Virus record (IMG/VR): IMGVR_UViG_3300020045_007445
Location: 1-38,671 of that record
Source: a virus
Taxonomy: Duplodnaviria; Caudoviricetes
Direction: 5' to 3' (one strand)
DNA length: 38,671 nt
A program made the translations under genes and the position numbers. Shown one piece after another: positions 35,548-38,671 of the stretch (position 1 is its first letter; each line of letters begins with the position of its first letter). A model generated the notes under the pieces. That model saw nothing but the letters and a program-made list of their open reading frames with translations, searched no databases and had not been told where the DNA came from.

Positions 35548-36221
35548 GAAAAGGAAAGCCTGAGCTTGACGATGGCTATTTTAGGCTTTCAAACGAATTT
35601 TATGATGCGCTGTATGTTTTTAGGCTAAAACCAACGCAACATATTGTTTTTGGTGTTTTAGTTAAGAAAATATGGGGGTGGGGAAAAAAAGAGGATGATA
35701 TATCTCTTAGCCAGTTATCCATTATGACAAGACTAAGTGAGTCTCATATAAGCCTTGCGTTAAACAGTCTTGAAAGCCTTAATTTAATTTCAAAAAAAAG
35801 AAGTAGATACGGGCAGTTAATATCAATCAATAAATATTATAAAACGTGGGTAGGATGGGATGAGTCATGGGAGTATTGGAACAAAGACGGCGAATCAGAG
35901 CCTGTTTCTGAAAAACAACCAAAGCAAGAACAGCAAATAGAGTTAACCAAAGAACAAACTAACTGTTGGGAATGGGCAAAATTACAGGATTATTGGCAAG
36001 ATAAAGTATCAACACAAGCTGATTTTTTAAAACTGTACTTGAGACATAACAGCGGGGTAAAAACTCAATACGAGGCATTTATGGGCAAATCAAAACAACG
36101 CATGAGCAGAATTGAGGAAAAGAACACAAGGTCGCAGCGGATAAAGCGGAAAAGCTTTATCCATGATGCTACTGGAAACGGTGATTTTTTAGAAGGGGAA
36201 TGTGAGGTGGTAAATGACTGA
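35544..36221 (+). CDS. Replication initiator (lambda O-like N-terminal domain)
   Basis: LDDGYFRLSNE..DAL, K.WGW.KK.D.IS.SQL..MT.L, INK...W. Confidence 0.85.
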   Translation: MRKGKPELDDGYFRLSNEFYDALYVFRLKPTQHIVFGVLVKKIWGWGKKEDDISLSQLSIMTRLSESHISLALNSLESLNLISKKRSRYGQLISINKYYKTWVGWDESWEYWNKDGESEPVSEKQPKQEQQIELTKEQTNCWEWAKLQDYWQDKVSTQADFLKLYLRHNSGVKTQYEAFMGKSKQRMSRIEEKNTRSQRIKRKSFIHDATGNGDFLEGECEVVND

Positions 36222-36720
36222 AAAAGAATTAGAACAATTTTCAGAGTTATGGCTTGCCGCTTGCGAAAATAGCGGATTTAAAACAGAGCCGAGTGATGCG
36301 GCAATTAATCTTGCGTTTGATGTTTTAATTAATTACTCGATTGGTGATATTGCGATTGCAATAGTCAAGTATCAGCGCATGAGTAATAAACAACTTACAC
36401 CAACTTTGATTGAATCAATTATCACTGGGTGCTTTTGGATGTCTGCTGATGAAGCATGGGGATTAGCGCAGCGAACTTTTGATTCCACGCGGTCTGTAGT
36501 GGTAACAAAAGAGATAATCACAGCCGCAAGCAAAGTTGAGTCAATGTACAACGGCGGTGAAAGAACGGCGGCAAAAAATACGTTTATCGCAATTTACGAG
36601 CGGTTGATGATGACCGCGATTAGCGCGGGAAAATCACCAAAATGGCAAGTATGGCAATTAGAGCAACCAACACGCGAAAATAGCACAGAACATGCAAACA
36701 GGTTAGCAATCGAAGGATAA
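36214..36720 (+). CDS. Helicase loader-like (P-position, DUF6475-like) protein
   Basis: Follows O gene; P..I......SADEAW, AA...F...YER motifs. Confidence 0.6.
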   Translation: MTEKELEQFSELWLAACENSGFKTEPSDAAINLAFDVLINYSIGDIAIAIVKYQRMSNKQLTPTLIESIITGCFWMSADEAWGLAQRTFDSTRSVVVTKEIITAASKVESMYNGGERTAAKNTFIAIYERLMMTAISAGKSPKWQVWQLEQPTRENSTEHANRLAIEG

Positions 36721-36722
36721 AA

Positions 36723-36980
36723 ATGAAAATAAAACAACTAATCGCAGCTCCAGAAGGTTTTGTGAATGTCTATAAAAACGAAAACGGCGGTGAAGATATG
36801 AAAAGCAAGGTTATTTACTTTGCTGTTATCGAAGGCTTTGCGCTTGACGGCAAGCCAGTTGACCACATTGCAGCGATTGATATAGGTGGATTAACTGCGG
36901 CGTTTGGTGGTGGTTATGACTTGCCAGAAGAAGTGACCAATTATATGGGTGCAGAATATGCGGGTGATGATGTTCAATAA
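36723..36980 (+). CDS. Hypothetical protein
   Basis: AAGGA RBS; 85 aa. Confidence 0.55.
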   Translation: MKIKQLIAAPEGFVNVYKNENGGEDMKSKVIYFAVIEGFALDGKPVDHIAAIDIGGLTAAFGGGYDLPEEVTNYMGAEYAGDDVQ

Positions 36981-37003
36981 ATCTATACGCACCTAAAAAA
37001 TAT

Positions 37004-37170
37004 TGCTACAATACACACCCAACAACACCGCTAACGCCTCTTTACAATTGCGCACCATAGCGGTTACTTTGTTAAACCCTCGCCACAATCACCGGATTGA
37101 TCCCCTGTGATGCTTTTTACCTTTTAGCAAGTGGCGAGTTCCATTCAAAAGGTGATTTTAAAAGGTGTCA
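37004..37170 (+). promoter_or_regulatory. Promoter plus structured leader with anti-SD loop
   Basis: TGcTACAAT; accgcta/tagcggt and ctcgccac/gtggcgag stems; acctttt loop complementary to aaaaggt repeats before ATG. Confidence 0.55.
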
Positions 37171-37172
37171 AA

Positions 37173-37649
37173 ATGAAAATCATAAAAACCACAATCGAAG
37201 CTGATAGCGAAACCGTTATCAAAGAAATCAATGCTATTTTATCTTCGGCAAATAAATTCTCGCCGGATAAAAAATACCTGTCTTTTGCAGAAATAAAAAA
37301 AGAGCTTGGAATAAAAATTACCGATTTGCAATTGGCGGATTATCTGTCTAGCATTGGTGGAAGCGTGGAGCTGTGCTCTGGAAAGAATTATTATTTAAAC
37401 GGATGGTTTAAGCAGCTTTGGGTTTTGTTCTATCACTCACAAGGTAAAGGCAGATTTTTAGCCGAAAAAAGCCATGCAACCCTACCATACGGAACAGAAG
37501 CCTACAAAGCGTTGTTGGAGTGGTCAAAAACAACTGAAAAAGATAGTGTAAAGTTTGAATCTGAACAAGAAGCCATTGATTTTCGCAAGTCAAAAATGGC
37601 AGCGTGGAATAACGTAAAGACTTATCAATATGCTGATTTTGAGGTATAG
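37173..37649 (+). CDS. Hypothetical protein, possible winged-helix N-term
   Basis: AAAGGTG RBS before ATG 37173. Confidence 0.55.
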   Translation: MKIIKTTIEADSETVIKEINAILSSANKFSPDKKYLSFAEIKKELGIKITDLQLADYLSSIGGSVELCSGKNYYLNGWFKQLWVLFYHSQGKGRFLAEKSHATLPYGTEAYKALLEWSKTTEKDSVKFESEQEAIDFRKSKMAAWNNVKTYQYADFEV

Positions 37650-37651
37650 AA

Positions 37652-38065
37652 ATGTTTAAATTCAATCCGTTAAACTACGGCTACGAGCCAGCAAAATTAT
37701 TCCCTGAATTAAACTATCAAATCCCGATTGATTGTGAAGATTGGTTTGTGAAAGTAACTGCTTATGATGTTGATGCAGGCTGTTATTGGTACTCAGCTAT
37801 TCATGTCAATATTGGCACTGGCAATGACGATGGAGTTAAAATATCATCAAGCTATCACTGCATTAAAAAACATTATGGAAAGTATGATATTGAGCCTGAG
37901 TTTAATGACTGTTATGTTGGCTTAATCTCAACAAATGATTTTGCTAAACAACTGTTATCACATTTGTTTGGAGGCTTAAACAATGAGTCTGTTTTAAAGC
38001 GTGGTGTTGATAGACTAAATTCAGATATTAATCAGCAAATGCGTGTGGAGCTGTCAAAAAAATGA
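37652..38065 (+). CDS. Hypothetical protein
   Basis: GAGGT RBS; 137 aa. Confidence 0.6.
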   Translation: MFKFNPLNYGYEPAKLFPELNYQIPIDCEDWFVKVTAYDVDAGCYWYSAIHVNIGTGNDDGVKISSSYHCIKKHYGKYDIEPEFNDCYVGLISTNDFAKQLLSHLFGGLNNESVLKRGVDRLNSDINQQMRVELSKK

Positions 38066-38223
38066 ACAAACAAGATTTTATCAACGCCATGATGCAATAT
38101 GCACATGATGCGTGGGGCGGTGATTATATCCCAAGCAATGAGGAAAGTTTTTCTGAGGTTTTTGATTGTGTGATTGTCGAGTTATTAAAAAACAATGAAC
38201 AAAACACAGGTAATACACAATGA
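38062..38223 (+). CDS. 53-aa hypothetical protein (not in ORF track)
   Basis: ATGA overlaps both ends; MNKQDFINAMMQYAHDAWGG... Confidence 0.5.
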   Translation: MNKQDFINAMMQYAHDAWGGDYIPSNEESFSEVFDCVIVELLKNNEQNTGNTQ

Positions 38224-38360
38224 ACCAATACACTCAGCCCCCACAATTTTCCAGTCAACAGTCACGATCCGCAGGTGATGATTTTAGCGATTGGAATAGT
38301 AACGTAACATGGTGGGTTCCTAATCCCGCCAGTCCTAGCGGTTGGGAGATTTGGCAGTGA
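38220..38360 (+). CDS. 46-aa hypothetical protein (not in ORF track)
   Basis: ATGA and GTGA overlaps; MNQYTQPPQF...WWVPNPASPSGWEIWQ*. Confidence 0.4.
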   Translation: MNQYTQPPQFSSQQSRSAGDDFSDWNSNVTWWVPNPASPSGWEIWQ

Positions 38361-38608
38361 TACATAATTTAAAAATAAAGCAATGTTATTTATCTCATAT
38401 TGCAGAAGGTAAAAAAACTTTTGAAATAAGAAAAAATGATAGAGATTTTCAGGTCGGCGATATTATAAAGTTTTTGCCGCTGGAGGATGAAAGCTACAAC
38501 GCAAAAGAATATGGCTTTAAGTATCAATCGTATAAAATAACATACGTTCATTGCGGCTTTGGAATGGAGAATGAATATGTATGTCTTGGTATTAGTATTT
38601 GCCAGTGA
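38357..38608 (+). CDS. ASCH/PUA (DUF3850) domain protein
   Basis: H.LKI...Y...I..GKKTFEIRKNDRDFQVGD, ITYV, G....YV.LGI. Confidence 0.9.
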   Translation: MIHNLKIKQCYLSHIAEGKKTFEIRKNDRDFQVGDIIKFLPLEDESYNAKEYGFKYQSYKITYVHCGFGMENEYVCLGISICQ

Positions 38609-38671
38609 CAACCCCCCCCCTTCGAAATGCACACCACAATCGCGGCATTGCTAGATAATTCCGTGTTTCCA

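Noticed and set aside
38311-38330. tRNA T-arm-like ggtgggttcctaatcccgcc
   Set aside because: The loop is not TTCRAAT, no acceptor, D or anticodon arms can be built, and it lies within a coupled small ORF.

Overview
The window is ~38.7 kb of an AT-rich contractile-tailed (myovirus-type) phage or prophage, probably of a gammaproteobacterial host judging from the DnaB-like sequence. 2362-20101 (+) is the neck/tail/baseplate/fibre operon, with a Dam-family methylase and an AntA/AntB moron inserted. 20114-30697 (-) is an early arm: membrane proteins, GIY-YIG, SleB hydrolase, RecE-like exonuclease, YopX. 31124-38608 is mostly (+): peptide deformylase, Gp37Gp68, an inverted HNH plus chimeric DnaB cassette, an iteron origin, O- and P-like replication genes, ASCH. 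1-2135 is an inverted head/neck segment from a diverged sister allele, joined through a broken capsid gene. No terminase, portal, integrase, CI-type repressor, CRISPR, RT or tRNA was seen. The main unexplained signal is a set of promoter-proximal leader RNAs with shared architecture, each with its own pair of complementary loop sequences (two architectures, six candidate copies). All family assignments come from motif recognition and synteny by eye, not database searches.
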